Source of the DNA: Mobula birostris
Taxonomy: Eukaryota
Direction of reading: 5' to 3'
Assembly: GCF_030028105.1 (NCBI RefSeq)
Contig: NC_092376.1
Coordinates: 144,768,230-144,832,229, forward strand
Length of the DNA: 64,000 nt
The position numbers and the translations under genes are program-made. The notes under the pieces are model-generated. The model did no database searches, was not told the origin of the DNA, and worked only from the letters and a program-made list of their open reading frames with translations. Positions 1 through 13,560 of this stretch are shown here, one piece after another. Position 1 is the first letter of the stretch. Each line of letters starts with the position of its first letter.

Positions 1-644
1 ACAAATAAACACTAAACGCAAAATAAACCTCTAACTAAATAGTGATGTTAGAATACGATGCCTCGACAGAAGTCTGGGCCAACACAAGAAATGATGTTGA
101 GGCACTAGTATAATTAGTTTCAATAACAAGATAATAATGCACAAGAATACCTGCATTAAAAACAAGAAGCAACACCCTGAACGTTTAACAGGGTTCACTT
201 TAAACTGACTCAATCATTATATAATATCCTTCTTTCAAGGAGAATGCTAAATTTTAGGTGGGTGTTTGATACATTGCAATGCTACACATCGAGCACCCAT
301 TTATCCTCCTGCTGATTCACTTCATCTATGCATCACCCGCATCTGGATGTCCAAATATACTAATTATGATTGCTCTCTGCATCACCCCCCTACTCAAAAA
401 TGAGTCAAGGAGCAAGTGGGAAGAGCAGTTGCCTTTGAATTTCGTCAATTATTGATGGCCATACAGCACAGTAAGGGCAGTTTTGAGCTTTGGCTCCTTG
501 TTTCATATTAATACAATAAGATTAGATTTATTTGTCATATGCACATGAAAACATACAGTGTAACGCTTCACTTTGCATCAAATCAAATCAATGAGGATAA
601 CCACACTTCCAGTGCAAACGTATGATTCCCCCAACTCATTAACC

Positions 645-792
645 CAAACCATACATTTCCGCAATTTGGGAGGAATCCGGAGCACCCACTGGGAACCTAC
701 GTGGTCACAGGGAGAATGGACACGTTCCTTCCAGGCAGTGGTGGGAATTGAACTCCAATCGGTGATCGCTGATGCTGTAATGTGATGCACTA
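645..792 (-). mobile_element. tRNA-derived V-SINE (HE1-like) fragment
   Basis: The reverse complement reads as a tRNA-like head (GGCATGCTAGCACAGTGGTTAGTGC, then a B-box-like GGAGTTCAATTCCC) followed by a V-SINE-type core (GGGTGCTCCGGATTCCTCCCAAA). Confidence 0.65.
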
Positions 793-1189
793 ACCACTGT
801 GCTAGCATGCCACCTCTGCATCCCAGTAATCTCTAGGTCCCAAAGCTTTCAACTTGGTTCTGTGTTTGGCAGTCAAGAGGTAGTGGTGGGTCTTTTCAGG
901 TTATTGCAGTCAACGTGAGCTAGATCAGCAGCGGGGAAGCCATTGGAGATCATCAGGAGGTGCTGGTGCTTCATTGGGCAAGGATTGGAAGTTGAAGGGA
1001 GAGTAGACTGTGAAAAAGGAAAAGCAGTATGATGGGAAACCCAGAAGAGAAAGGAGGCTTAAATATATAAAGGGGACCCAACACATCAGCTGATTAGTTC
1101 TGGAAAAGGGCTTGATTAACAAGTATGCTGCAAGCAAGGCTATTAAACCTGTATTGGCCTTAGAATGCCCAAGAATATATATTCAATCA

Positions 1190-1320
1190 CAAACAAGTGA
1201 AAATCTGCAGACGCTCGAAATGTAAGCAACACACACAAAGGGCTGGAGGAACTCAGCAGGCCAGGCGGCATCTATGGAAAAGAGTACAGTCATGTTTTGG
1301 GCCGAGACCCTTCATCAGTA
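1190..1320 (-). mobile_element. Penelope-like element terminal-repeat fragment with decayed hammerhead
   Basis: Same ~130-bp repeat as 25160-25262 and 48562-48702. The minus strand reads CTGATGA-A-GGGTCTCGGCCC-AAAAC, with the GAAA box mutated. Confidence 0.7.
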
Positions 1321-1449
1321 CAGACATATGCATTAAAGACGAACTGATTTTTCTCATACAAAACTGCTATGAAACCTAGCAGATGGAATGATGCCAGTGT
1401 TGTACATTTGACACAAGGGGTTGGATTGCACAGCCATTGTTTGTCATAG

Positions 1450-1740
1450 TTATAAAGCACAGACACAGGCCCTTAAGTCTACCAAATCTGCAGCGACCAC
1501 CAATCACCTACTCACACTGATCCCATTTTCTGCTCCCCACACTTGCATTGCCTTCTTTCTGATCCCACCATTCATGTATGCAATAGGAGCAATTGGTAGC
1601 TGACATTTATCCTATGTCTTAGGATGTGAGAGAAAACTGAAGCATTCAGATGAATCCCACGTGATCATAGAGAGAAGGTGCAAACTGGGTTTAAATAGGG
1701 GTCGCTCAAACTGTGAGTCCATGGACATTAACTGTGCCAG
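1450..1740 (-). mobile_element. Diverged V-SINE (HE1-like) with CR1-type tail
   Basis: A CR1-like tail (cagacacaggccctt) plus a V-domain-like segment (ggatgtgagagaaaactgaagca...cccacgtgatcatagagagaaggtgcaaact). Confidence 0.5.
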
Positions 1741-2742
1741 GTTAGACCTTGTGAGGCATGATTCATGCTGGAAACATAGTAACTGAGTTCCACTTGAGGA
1801 AACTTTAACATGTATGCTCAGCAGTATTAGAAAAATGTTGTATGACTGAACTTCTAACCTATTTTATCTTTTTTGTATTACTGTTGATATTCCAGCATAC
1901 TTGATTTTCTAGAAAGATTTAATCTTTGATGGCTATAGTTCCTATCTGCAAAAATTGTAACCTTTCTAAATATATTCGATCCAAGACCAAGAGTCACCAT
2001 TTTCTGATATGCCTGTCACCAGATTTATTCCTTTCTCATCAACTATGGATAATGAAAACATTGGGAAAGTCAGAAGGTAAGCTGTTTAAAAATGCCTTCA
2101 GCCACATTCAGGAATTGTTCTGAGATACATGGGATAGCTGTGTGCCTTCTGCTTCTACAGGATTGGAAAATACTTGCCACCACAATTGATTCTGAGCTAC
2201 GGGGAAATTTCAGTGCTCCCAATTGCTTTACAATAGTAGGAAGAATCAGAGGAGGTGAATACATGAACATGGACAAAAGATCCAAATGCATTTGCAGTTA
2301 AACAGAAAACAGAAATAAATGTGTGCCTAGCAATTCCTCCACTCCACAAGCACTGAACAGAAAAAAAATATATTTTTTGCAGAGCTTTAAAAAGTTACTG
2401 GAGGGTTCAAGGAGACAATGTGTTCTATCTTACAGCTGTTGTCCATGCATCCAAAGCCCCTGTACATCTGACACTATTTTTTATTTTTATGGGTGCAGTC
2501 ATTATGAGCAAAGCCTGTCACAGACTGTTTTCCCATTGTTGTTGCTTAGGCAGTAGAAGGATTTGAACACTGACAGTGACAAATGATGAGTTATTGCTGA
2601 GCATGGATGGCGTGTGACACACAAGTGCTGCTGCTTTCCAAATACCTGTTGCTTTTGTTCTTCTTGGTGATGGATGTTGTGGCTCTGGGAGCAGCTTCAC
2701 TTGCAATAGAATTTTACAGCAACTGGCTCCAGACAAAATATC

Positions 2743-3296
2743 CACTCAGTGGCCGCTTTTCTTTTTTAGGTACACCTGCTTGCTCGTTAGTGCAAATATC
2801 TAATCAACAGATCACGTGGCAGCAACTTAATGCATAGAAGCATAGAAGACATAATCAAGGGGACCGTTGTTATTCGGATCAGATATTAGAATGGGGAAGA
2901 TATATGTTCTAAAGTGACTTCGACTGTAGAATGAATGATTGTTGGTGCCAGATGGAGTGCTTTGAGTATTTCAGAAACTGATCTCCTGGGATTTTTTCGC
3001 ACAACAGTCTCTAAAGTTTACACAGAATGGTGCAAAAGCAAAGAAACACCAAAAGATCATCAAACGTGCTGATCTGTGGGTGAAACCGTCTTGCTAGTGA
3101 AGTCAACGGAGAATGGCCAGACTGGTTCAAGCTGCCAGGAATGCACTAGTAACTCAAATGACCACACGTTAGAACAGTGGTGTGCAGAAAAGCATCTCTG
3201 CATGTATAACACGTCGAACATTAAAGTGGATGGGCTACAGCAGCAGAAGAGCACAGCGGGTTCCATTCCTGTACCTAATAAAGTGGCCACTGAGTG
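2743..3296 (+). mobile_element. Tc1/mariner-derived non-autonomous DNA transposon
   Basis: Terminal inverted repeats CACTCAGTGGCCGCTTT and AAAGTGGCCACTGAGTG, followed by TA. A decayed Tc1 transposase N-terminus (MIVGAR..LSISET.DLLGF.RTTVSKVYTEW) lies at about 2935-3030. Confidence 0.8.
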
Positions 3297-5387
3297 TATA
3301 TTGTACTTCCACAATGCTTTACTAGTAACTTCAAAACCCAAGTGGACAAAGGAGCCATTTGTCATGTGACTGAAAGTAAACCACATCTAACAAGCTCCAG
3401 AAGAGGGAGAAAATACCAAGATGATCCAATTATCTTTTGTGGATTACAAAGAAACAACATTACCACAAAGTGATACTCGATAAACTAATAATAAATTGGA
3501 GGTGGTGGAGGGGGTTTAGGAATACAAAATAATTGTTAGAATGGAATTGCAGAACAGCTAATGAAAATAACTCCTCCCCTGCTGTACTACTGGTAGTCCA
3601 AAGATGCCTGCAACGTTGCTGTTTTTATTGAGTTTATTTGTTGTTCTAAGTCACTTAATAAAACATATTATAATGCAATTCCAGAGAAGGCTGGTAACTT
3701 CAAACCATTTTAGTGGGAAACACTGTGTCATTATGTGCTAATTCAGGAAATTAAGAAACCAATTTTCATATGTTTAAATTCTAATAACACAAATTAATTT
3801 CTGGATTGGAGGTGTTATTAATGAGAAAAGATTGAAAAGGGGCCTATACTCTCGGTATTTTAGAAGATTAGGAGATGAAGAGTGACATTTCATAAATAAC
3901 AATCCATTGATCACGTAGATCCCATGCTATGATGAACTCAGTTCTATTCTGTCACACCTCTTGACATTTGCCATGTTAGTAAAGCCAAAACACTACAAAA
4001 TGGAGGATTGGTCTCACCCTTAAATGAGCAATAGTTATATATAAATATACATAATATTCTAAGACAATTGGACAGAGTAGACGCTAAGAGCACATTTTCT
4101 CTTGTGCAAGAATCTAGAACAACAGTGGCATAATCTCAGAATTGGAATATGTTGACTTAAAATAGAAAGGAGGAAGAATTTCTTCACCTAAAGGATTGTG
4201 AGATGTTGACACTCATTAAGCTGAGTCATCAATTACATTTAAGACTGAGATGGACAAGTTGATGGAAAACAGGGGAGTAAGGGTTATGGAGATCAGGAAA
4301 GAAAGTACAGCTGAAGGCAGGACCTTACTAAATGGTGGGCCAGACTTAAGGAGTTGTATTGGGGCATTTCTGCCCTATCCCCATCACACACAATTTCACA
4401 ACAATAGGTGAACTACTGCACGTATTTCATAGTTGTTTTATTTATTTATTTCAAATAGGAAGGAAATAGTACTGAAAACTTTCCTGGTCTTCTTCATATT
4501 TTGTATATTACCTGAATTCCAAAGCTTTACAGTAAATGCCGCTCAATTTTTAAAAGTTGTAAATTTAAGAGCAAACAGACAAAGTTAAATATTTTTACCT
4601 GTATTAATAATGCTGCCTAATAATAGTAATGATCAACAGAAGTGGTTGGACTAAACAACAAATAATGGGAGATTGGAAATAATAAATGATTTGGATCAAT
4701 GATATTATAAACATGCAATAAGATTTTTCTTTCTCAAACATCTAAATAATTTCAGAATTAACACCGCACGATACATTTAGAACAATTTCCCTGTAGAACA
4801 GCCAATCTAAAGAATAAATATATAAAACAAATTAAAACCAAAAGGTGTATTGATCAACTCAACTCAACTCAAAGAAAGCTGCTTCAGATAGTAAGGCTGG
4901 AAATTAAAAGCTGTAAATCACACAACAGATACAAAAGATATTACTTCAATACAGAACAGTCCCTGAACTAAATGAATATGGGAAGTTTGTCTCAGTGCAG
5001 TCTCTTGTGAACGTTAGACAATTTAAACTAGATTTATAAATGAAGTCATATTTTGTAAAGCAGAATTTCATATTTGTTTTCTTGATTGAGAGACACCCAG
5101 TGTCTGAAAACCTCTACAGTGAATCAACACAAACAGTAATGTGTCAAGTTCTGCAATACATTTGCTTTAAAATTTCCATACGCTTTGATCAATAGATCCT
5201 TCCAAAACTGCAAAGGTTTGCAATAGCAATTCCCTTTAGATTTTGTTGAATTGCTATGTATTTACGTAGTAAAGTTGATGGTGCATCTTCTGGGAACTTT
5301 TCTGTTTCTGTGCAAGCTTCTTCCTAACATAACACTTGTCTCTTATATGAACCACCTCCTTGGTCACAGTCTCATGGGGGCATTTAT

Positions 5388-8292
5388 TGAAACACAGAAA
5401 CACAGAAAAGCTACAGCACAATACAGGCCATTCGGCCCACAAATTTGTGCCGCACATGCCCCTACCTTAGAAGTTAGAACATAGAACATAGAATAGTACA
5501 GCACAGTACAGGCCCTTCAGCCCACAATACTGTGCCGACCCTCAAACCCTGCCTCCCATATAAGCCCCCACCTTAAATTCCTCCATATACCTGTCTAGTA
5601 GTCTCTTAAACTTCACTAGTGTATCTGCCTCCACCACTGACTCAGGCAGCGCATTCCACGCACCGGCCACTCTCTGAGTAAAAACTCTAATATCCCCCTT
5701 GATCTTCCCACCCCTTACCTTAAAGCCATGTCCTCTTGTACTGAGCAGTGGTGCCCTGGGGAAGAGGCGTTGGCTATCCAATCTATATATTCCTCTTATT
5801 ATCTTGTACACCTCTATCATGTCTCCTCTCATCCTCCTTCTCTCCAAAGATTAAAGCCCTAGCTCCCTTAATCTCTGATCATAATTCATACTCTCTAAAC
5901 CAGGCAGCATCCTGCTAAATCACTTCCATACCCTTTCCAATGCTTCCACATCCTTCCTATAGTGAGGCAACCAGAACTGGACACAGTACTCCAAATGTGG
6001 CCTAACCAGAGTTTTATAGAGCTGCATCATTACCTCAGGACTCATAAACTCTGTCCCGCAACTTATGAAAGCTAACACCCCATAAGCTTTCTTAACTACC
6101 CTATCCACCTGTAAGGCAACTTTAAGGGATCTGTGGACATGTACCCCCAGATCCCTCTGCTCTTCCACACTACCAAGTATCCTGTCATTTACTTTGTACT
6201 CTGCCTTGGCGTGAACTCCATCTGCCACTTCTCAGCCCACTTCTGCATCCTATCAATGTCCCTCTGCAATCGTCGACAATCCTCTGCACTATCTACAACA
6301 CCACCAACCTTTGTGTCATCTGCAAACTTGCCAACCCACCCTTCTACCCCTACATCCAGGTCGTTTATGAAAATCACGAAAAGTAGAGGTCTCAGAACCG
6401 ATCCCTGTGGGACACCACTAGTCGCAACCCTCCAATTCGAATGTACTCCCTCCACCGCGACCCTCTGCCTTCTGCATTCTGAATCTACCTGGCCAAACTT
6501 CCCTGGATCCCATGCCTTCTGACTTTCTGAATAAGCATACCATGTGGAATCTTGTCAAATGCCTTACTAAAATCCATATAGATCACATCCACTGCACTAC
6601 CCTCATCTATATGCCTGGTCACCTCCACAAAGAACTCTATTAGGCTTGTTAGACACGATCTGCCCTTCACAAAGCCATGCTGACTGTCCCTGATCAGACC
6701 ATGACTCTCCAAATGCCCATAGATCCTATCTCTAAGAATCTTTTCCAACAGCTTTCCCACCACAGACATAAGGCTCACTGGTCTATAATTACCCGGACTA
6801 TCCCTACTCTCTTTTTTGAACAAGGGGACAACATTCGCCTCCCTCCAATCCTCCGGTACCATTCCCATGGACAACGAGGACATAAAGATCCTAGCCAGAG
6901 GCTCAGCAATCTCTTTCCTTGCCTTGTGGAGCAGCCTAGGGAATATTCCGTCAGGCCCCGGGGACTTATCCATTCTAATGTATTTTAACAACTCCAACAC
7001 CTCCTCTCCCTTTCTATCAACATGCTCCAGAACATCAACCTTACTCATATTATCCTCACCGTCATCAAGTTCCCTCTTACTGTTGAATACTGAAGAGAAG
7101 TATTCATTGAGGATCTTGCTCACTGCCACAGCCTCCAGGCACATCTTCCCACCTTTATCTCTAATCGGTCCTACCTTTTCTCCTGTCATCCTTTTGTTCT
7201 TCACATAATTGAAGATTGCCTTGGGGTTTTCCTTTACCCTACTCGCCAAGGCCTTCTCATGCCCCCTTCTTGCTCTTCTCAGCCCTTTCTTAAGCTCCTT
7301 TCTTGCTACCCTATATTCCGCAGTAGACCCATCTGATCCTTGCTTCCTAAACCTCATGTATGCTGCCTTCTTCCACTTGACTAGATTTTCCACCTCACTC
7401 GTCACCCATGGTTCCTTCACCCTACCATTCTTTATCTTCCTCACTGGGACAAATTTATTCCTAACATCTTGCAAGAGTTCCCTAAACATCGACCACATGT
7501 CTATAGTACATTTCCCTGCAAAAACATCATCCCAATTCACACCTGCAAGTTCTAGCCTTATAGCCTCATAATTTGCCCTTCCCCAATTAAAAAATTTCCT
7601 GTCCTCTCTGATTCTATCATTTTCCATGATAATGCTAAAGGACAGGGAGCGGTGGTCACTGTCCCCCAGATGCTCACCCACCGAGAGATCTGTGACCTGA
7701 CCCGGTTCGTTACCTAGGCTTACCTATAGCTCTCTATTTTACTGAGTTCCACGTACTTATCTAAATGTCTCTTAAAAGACCCTATCGCATCTGCCTCCAC
7801 CACCGTTGCCGGCAGCCCATTCCACGCACTCACCACTGTCTGAGTAAAAAACTTACCCCTGACATCTCCTCTGTACCTACTCCCCAGCACCTTAAACCTG
7901 TGTCCTCTTGTGGCAGCCATTTCAGCCCTGGGAAAAAGCCTCTGATTATCCACACAATCAATGCCTCTCATCATCTTATACACCTCTATCAGGTCACCTC
8001 TCATCCTCCGTCGCTCCAAGGAGAAAAGGCCAAGTTCATTCAACCTATTCTCATAAGGCATGCTCCTCAATCCAGGCAACATCCTTATAAATCTCCTCTG
8101 CACCCTTTCTATGACTTCCACATACTTCCTGTACTGAGGCGAACAGAACTGAGCACAGTCCTCCAAGTGGGGTCTGACCAGGGTCCTTGATAGTTGCAAT
8201 ATTACCTCTCAGCTCCTAAATTCAATTCCACGATTAATGACGGCCAATACACCATACGCCTTCTTAACCACAGAGTCAATCTGCGCAGCCTT
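5388..8292 (-). mobile_element. CR1/HER1-type LINE 3' fragment (host), split by a nested CR1 at 5476-7716
   Basis: The 3' tail (gaaacacagaaacacagaaa) at 5388-5475 resumes at 7717. ORF 7720-8199 has CR1 ORF2 C-terminal motifs (LVRPHLE.C.QF.SP, LERRRMRGDLIEVYK). Confidence 0.85.
5476..7716 (-). mobile_element. 5'-truncated CR1/HER1-type LINE (end of endonuclease plus RT, frameshifted)
   Basis: ORF 6485-7681 (GDSDH, KSPGPDG, NYRPVSL, QHGF..GRSCLT, DFSKAFD) and ORF 6189-6455 (SGVPQGSVL, KFADDTK); tandem AGAACAT tail at 5476. Confidence 0.95.
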
Positions 8293-10712
8293 CTGTCACA
8301 TCAATGTGTCTTTCAGGCACTAGCTATAAGGCCACCTCCAGCGACTAAGTGTCCATCAAGGAGGCTGACTTCATTTTGAGATTAAATTTGCCGTCATTCA
8401 CATTGTCCTTTCATCCAACACCTGCACATCAGACCTCCCAGCCTATGGTGTGGAGGAGCAGAAACAGGGAAAGAAGCAAAGTCTTGCCTGCTGTTGTCTG
8501 ATCCTACTAATAAGTTCAGTTGTAGCACTTACACTTAATTTTTTGGTGCTGTAATGAATTCAAAATGGCATTCCTCTCTGTCACCTACAAAACTACTGAA
8601 AGAAGTTAAAACCCAGCTCTCCTCTTCAAGTTCCATGTGCTGGAACCTATTCTGTGCATACCACTTGATTTACTGTACTTATATATGAGAATATACACAT
8701 CTTACATGAAGAGTGGCCTCTCTTCTCAGCTCCATACAGGTATCTTGGGCTCAGAAAAATTCTTAGCTTGCCACTTGATTTCACAACACCTACCCAGCTA
8801 GATCTATCAAGTGCAGCATGATCTATCTGACTATTAACCCCTGCCTTTACGTCATCTCCAAATCAATCTGTAGAGTCACCAGAACACACCTAAAATGGTA
8901 GGTGTACCATTGGTTTCAACTCATCCTGGACAAAATGGTTTTCGTCTTTAGTTTTCCTGTGCCATGAAAAGCATGTGCACAATCACCTCTGAGTTGAGCA
9001 CCTGAGATCATTATTTATATTTAAACAATCTTAATGATACTGTTAAGGTGCATCTTTTATTTTGTATATGTACACTCCAAGTATAAATGTGATATCTGCC
9101 TGGTCACTACATTGAAAACCACATCACTCATTGGATTCAGCACATTCCGAGAGCATTTCTCAGCCAGTGTCTATGGTCTTGTTCTACATGACTTGTTTGT
9201 TTTGAATTCCCTGCCAAGATAAATTGTTTGCTTCAGAAAGATATTACACATTGCTTGAGTCAAGCTGAAATGACGATGATTATCTTTTCATCAATATCAT
9301 GGCATAGATAAATCTAGGGAGTGCTGGTTTCACAGAAGTGATATTGTTTGGTAACAGGTGGATAGTGTTTAAATGGCACGGAATCTGACCCTATCTCTGT
9401 CTTGCATGGCCCAATCTGTCCCCTTCATTCTGTATTGTTAACTCAGAATTATTTTTCAAATACATAGTGTGCATTTCCCCACACATGGGTATTTCTTTTT
9501 CAGTCACAGTTTACAGTCCATAATTCTTATAACCTTTAAGCATCCTTGACAATAAATTGGCGAGTTTATTTATTACTGTTACAGGTACCGAGGTACAGCG
9601 AATAATCTGTCTTTTAGACCATTCATACAGGTCGATTTCTTGCAACCGAGCATTGAGGTAGAACAAGGTAAAACAGAAGGAGAATAAAGTGCTACAGTTA
9701 TGGAGAAAGTGCAGTGCAGACAGACAATAAAATAGAAGGTCATAGTGCAATTGATGGTGAGGTCAAGAGTACATCTGTTTCTTACTGTACTAGGGAACCA
9801 TTCATTAGTCTTAAAGAACTGGGTAGAAGCCATCCTTGAGCCTGGTTGTATGTGCTTTCAGGTTTTTCTATCTTCTGCCAATGGGAGAGGGGTGAAGAGA
9901 AAATGACTGGGGTGGCCGAATTCTTTAATTACGCTGGTTACTTTATTGAGGCAGCAAGAGGTGTAGACAGAGCTCATAAAATGTTTCTGTAACGTGTTGA
10001 GCTGTGTCCACAACTCTTCAGTTTCCTTTTCGCAGTTATGGGCAGAGTAGTTGCCATACCTCGCCGTGATACATCCAGACAGGATGCTCTCTATAGTGCA
10101 TTGATAAAAAATTGGTGAGGTTCAAATGGGACATGCCAAATTTCTTTTGCCTCCTGAGGAATTAAAGGCACTGGTGAGATTTCTTGGCTGTGGCTTCCAC
10201 ACAGTTGGACCAGTGCATAGTATTGGTAATGCTCACTCCAAGGAACTTGAAGCTTTCAACCTTTTTGGCCTTGATGTAACGAGCTCACGCATGAACCCCT
10301 TTCCTGAAGTCAATGACCAGCTGATATTGAGGCAAAGGTTGTTGAGATGACACCATATCACTGGGCTCTCTATCTCCTTCCTGAACTCCAGGTCAGCATT
10401 ATTTGAGATATGGTCCACTATGGTAGCATCATCTACAAACTTGTTGATAAAGTTAGAGCAGAAGATGACCATGCAGTCATGAGTACACGGGGAGTAGAAT
10501 GAGGGGCTGAGGATTCTGCCTTATGTGATACCAGTCTTGAGAATAATTGTGTCAGAGGGATTGCTGCCTATCCTTACTGATTATGGTCTGTTGGTCAGGA
10601 AGTTGCAGTTGCAAAGGATGGTGATGAGTCCCAGGTCTAGCAGATTGGGGATGCATTGCTTGGAGTTACAGTATTGAAGGAGGAGCTGTACTTAATAAAC
10701 AATAGTCTCACA

Positions 10713-10840
10713 TGAACACACGAGATTCTGAAAATCTGTAAATCCAGAGCAACACACACAAAATGCTGGAGGAACACAGCAGGTCAGGCAGCATCCATGG
10801 AGAGAACTAAGCGGTCAATATTTTGGGCCAAGACTCTTCA
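10713..10840 (-). mobile_element. Penelope-like terminal-repeat fragment
   Basis: acacacaaaatgctggaggaacacagcaggtcaggcagcatc, the same family as 25160. Its last bases (aggact) reappear at 11672-11677. Confidence 0.65.
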
Positions 10841-11670
10841 TAGTCATAGTCATAGTCATACTTTATTGATCCCAGGGGGAAATTGTTTTTTGTTACAGTT
10901 GCACCATAAATAATAAATAGTAATAGAACCATAAATAGTTAAATAGTAATATGTAAATTATGCCAGTAAATTATGAAATAAGTCTAGGACCAGCCTATCG
11001 GCACAGGGTGTCTGACCCTCCAAGGGAGGAGTTGTAAAGTTTGATGGCCACAGGCAGGAATGACTTTCTATGACGCTCTGTGCTGCATCTTGGTGGAATG
11101 AGTCTCTGGCTGAATGTACTCCTGTGCCCACCCAGTACATTATGTAGTGGATGGGAGACATTGACCAAGATGGCATGCAACTTAGCATTCTCTTTTCAGA
11201 CACCACCGTCAGAGAGTTCAGTTCCATCCCCACAACATCACTGGCCTTGCGAATAAGTTTGTTGATTCTGTTGGTGTCTGCTACCCTCAGCCTGCTGCCC
11301 CAGCACACAACAGCAAACATGATAGCACTGGCCACCACAGATTCATAGAACATCCTCAGCATCGTCCGGCAGATGTTAAAGGACCTCAGTCTCCTCAGGA
11401 AATAGAGACGGCTCTGACCCTTCTTGTAGACAACCTCAGCGTTCTTTGACCAGTCCAGTTTATTGTCAATTCGTATCCCCAGGTATTTGTAATCCTCCAC
11501 CATGTCCACACTGACCCCCTGGATGGAAACAGGGGTCACCGGTACCTTAGCTCTCCTCAGGTCTACCACCAGCTCCTTAGTCTTTTTCACATTAAGCTGC
11601 AGATAATTCTGCTCACACCATGTGACAAAGTTTCCTACCGTAGCCCTGTACTCAACCTCATCTCCTTTGC
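10839..11670 (-). mobile_element. Young 5'-truncated Rex1/Babar LINE
   Basis: ORF 10958-11692 (WCEQNYLQLNVKKTKELVVDLRR, YKYLG, QSRLYFLRRLRSF) with a (CATAGT)n tail. Confidence 0.9.
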
Positions 11671-13199
11671 TAGGACTAAGATAGTATAACATAAGTGTCT
11701 TTAATATTCAGATGCTCCAGAGCGTAGGGTCAGGGAGATGGTGTCTAATTTCAGCAGTAGGCAACTTGCAGTGAGTTGTGGTTGTCTGGTAAATGAGCGT
11801 TAATGTGTACCATGACCAGCTTCTCAAAACACTTCACAATGGCGGATGTCAGAGCCGTCAGGCAGTAATCATTAAGGCAGGTTACCTTAATTTTCTAAGG
11901 TACCTATGTTGCGGAGCTCTTAAAGCAAGTGGGAATCTCAGACTTAAACAGGGAGAGGCTAAAAATGTCTGCAAGTACGCCCAGCAGCTGATCTGCACAG
12001 GATCTAAGGACACAATCAGATGTTTTCTCTGAGTTCACTCTCTAAAAGACGGATCTTGTGTCCTTAACAGTGACCACGGGTTCCAGTGCATCAGACACTG
12101 CCGGGATGGGTGGTAACATTCCAATCCCCTTCTGTTCATTAAGCTCATCGGGAAGGGATACACTGATGTGGGTGATGTTGACCAATTTTGTTTTGTGGCC
12201 TTTTATAACATGCAGGCCCTGCCACAATTGATATCCGATCTGGGACTAAACTTTGGATTGGTATTGTCTCTTTTCATTCCTGTAAGATGAAAATGCTCTA
12301 AGTGTACCACAACATTAGCTCCACAGAGGTCATATCTCAATTTCTTGAAAAAGTCAGGGTCACTGGATTTGAATTCTACAGTCCTAGGCTTCAATAGGGA
12401 GTGGACTTTCCAGTTTATCTGTGGTTTTCGGTCTGGAAACACCCGGATCATCCTCTCTGGTATACAGTCCTCAAGATAATTGCTGATAAATTCCATGACA
12501 GTGATGACATACTCATCTAGACTGAGTCTTTCAACATGGATAAATCAACTGAGTCAAAGCAGTCATGCAAAAACTTATGTTTCTTCATAACAACACTGAA
12601 CAACTTTCTATACTGGATCCTCATATTTCAGCTTCTGATGGTACACAGGGAAAAGGACCATAGTCTGGTGGTACAATTTACCTAAGTGAGGGTGAAGCAC
12701 GGCTCAGTATACATCTTTGATGTTTGTGTGGCAATGATCAAGAGTCTTTGGGCCTGTGTTGGGACAGGGGACATGTTGGAAGTATGAAAATATTGAATTT
12801 GGCCTTGTTGAAATCTGGGCCTTAGGGTATCCTATTTAAAGACTATGGACAGTGAAGTATAATTCATTCAGTGCAGGCCTCATGTCCACCTGGGATGGGA
12901 TGTAGATTGCTGTCAGTATAGCTGAAGTGAATTCCTGTGGCAGTTAAGTATGGGAACACAAACATTTGTGATTCCAAGCTGAGTGAGCAGGAACAAACCA
13001 TGACCATCTCATCCAGGCACCACAAGGTGTTGATAGGGAAGCAGAATCCTCCAGTATTAATAATGCGCGAGGATGCCATAGGGTCCATCCAGTGAACTAG
13101 GAAGCCCTTAGGTTATGTCACACAGTCAGATGAAGTAGGTGTAAGCCAAGTTTTGGTGAGACATAGCTGAAAGCAGTCCTGCATTCTGCCTTTTGTCCT

Positions 13200-13560
13200 G
13201 TTCAAAGTTCATTATCTGAGTGCATACATGTCACTACATACAACCCCCGAGACTCTTTTTTTGCAGGCACACTTAGCAAAATCTATAGAACAGTAACTGT
13301 AAACTGTGAACAAACTGTGAAAATGCAGATAACAAATAGCAATGAAATAACAAGATAAAAGAATCCTAAAAGGTAACCCCTTTTGTTCAAGGGCCTGCTG
13401 GTTGAGGAGTAGTAAGTGTTCTTGAACCTGGTGGTGTAAGTCCTGAGGCACCAGTACCTTCTACCTGATGGCAGCAGTGAGAAAAGAGCAAGGCCTGGGT
13501 GGTGAGGATCTTTGATGATGGGTGCTGCTTTTCTACTCTATCTTCAATGCCTGTATTTCC
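13200..13560 (-). mobile_element. Rex1-type LINE 3' fragment
   Basis: Tail ttcaaagttcattatc; decayed C-terminal motif (IIKDPHHPG.ALFS.LPSGRRY). Confidence 0.65.

Larger units (their letters stand above)
9555..13195 (-). mobile_element. Old, near full-length Rex1/Babar LINE interrupted at about 10713-11680
   Basis: RT motif (NKFVDDATIV, ORF 10233-10472), Rex1-type linker (FISNYLEDCIPERMIRVFPDRKP), endonuclease-like LCLTKTWL near 13145-13170, and a 3' UTR beginning tttattactgttacagg. Confidence 0.7.

Noticed and set aside
31-150. Minus-strand terminal exon after the acceptor ttcttgtttttaatgcag
   Set aside because: Good acceptor, but none of the three frames is recognisable and the window edge prevents assessment.
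2161-2254. Plus-strand exon candidate (ctacag|GATTGG...GAG|gtgaat)
   Set aside because: Unrecognised peptide, no partner exons, and opposite to the other candidates.
4599-4650. 52-nt minus-strand segment with acceptor and donor
   Set aside because: Stops in all three frames and no independent support.
6133-8190. Long plus-strand ORFs opposite CR1 (likewise 61404-62424 opposite gag)
   Set aside because: Antisense shadows of retroelement coding sequence, not independent genes.
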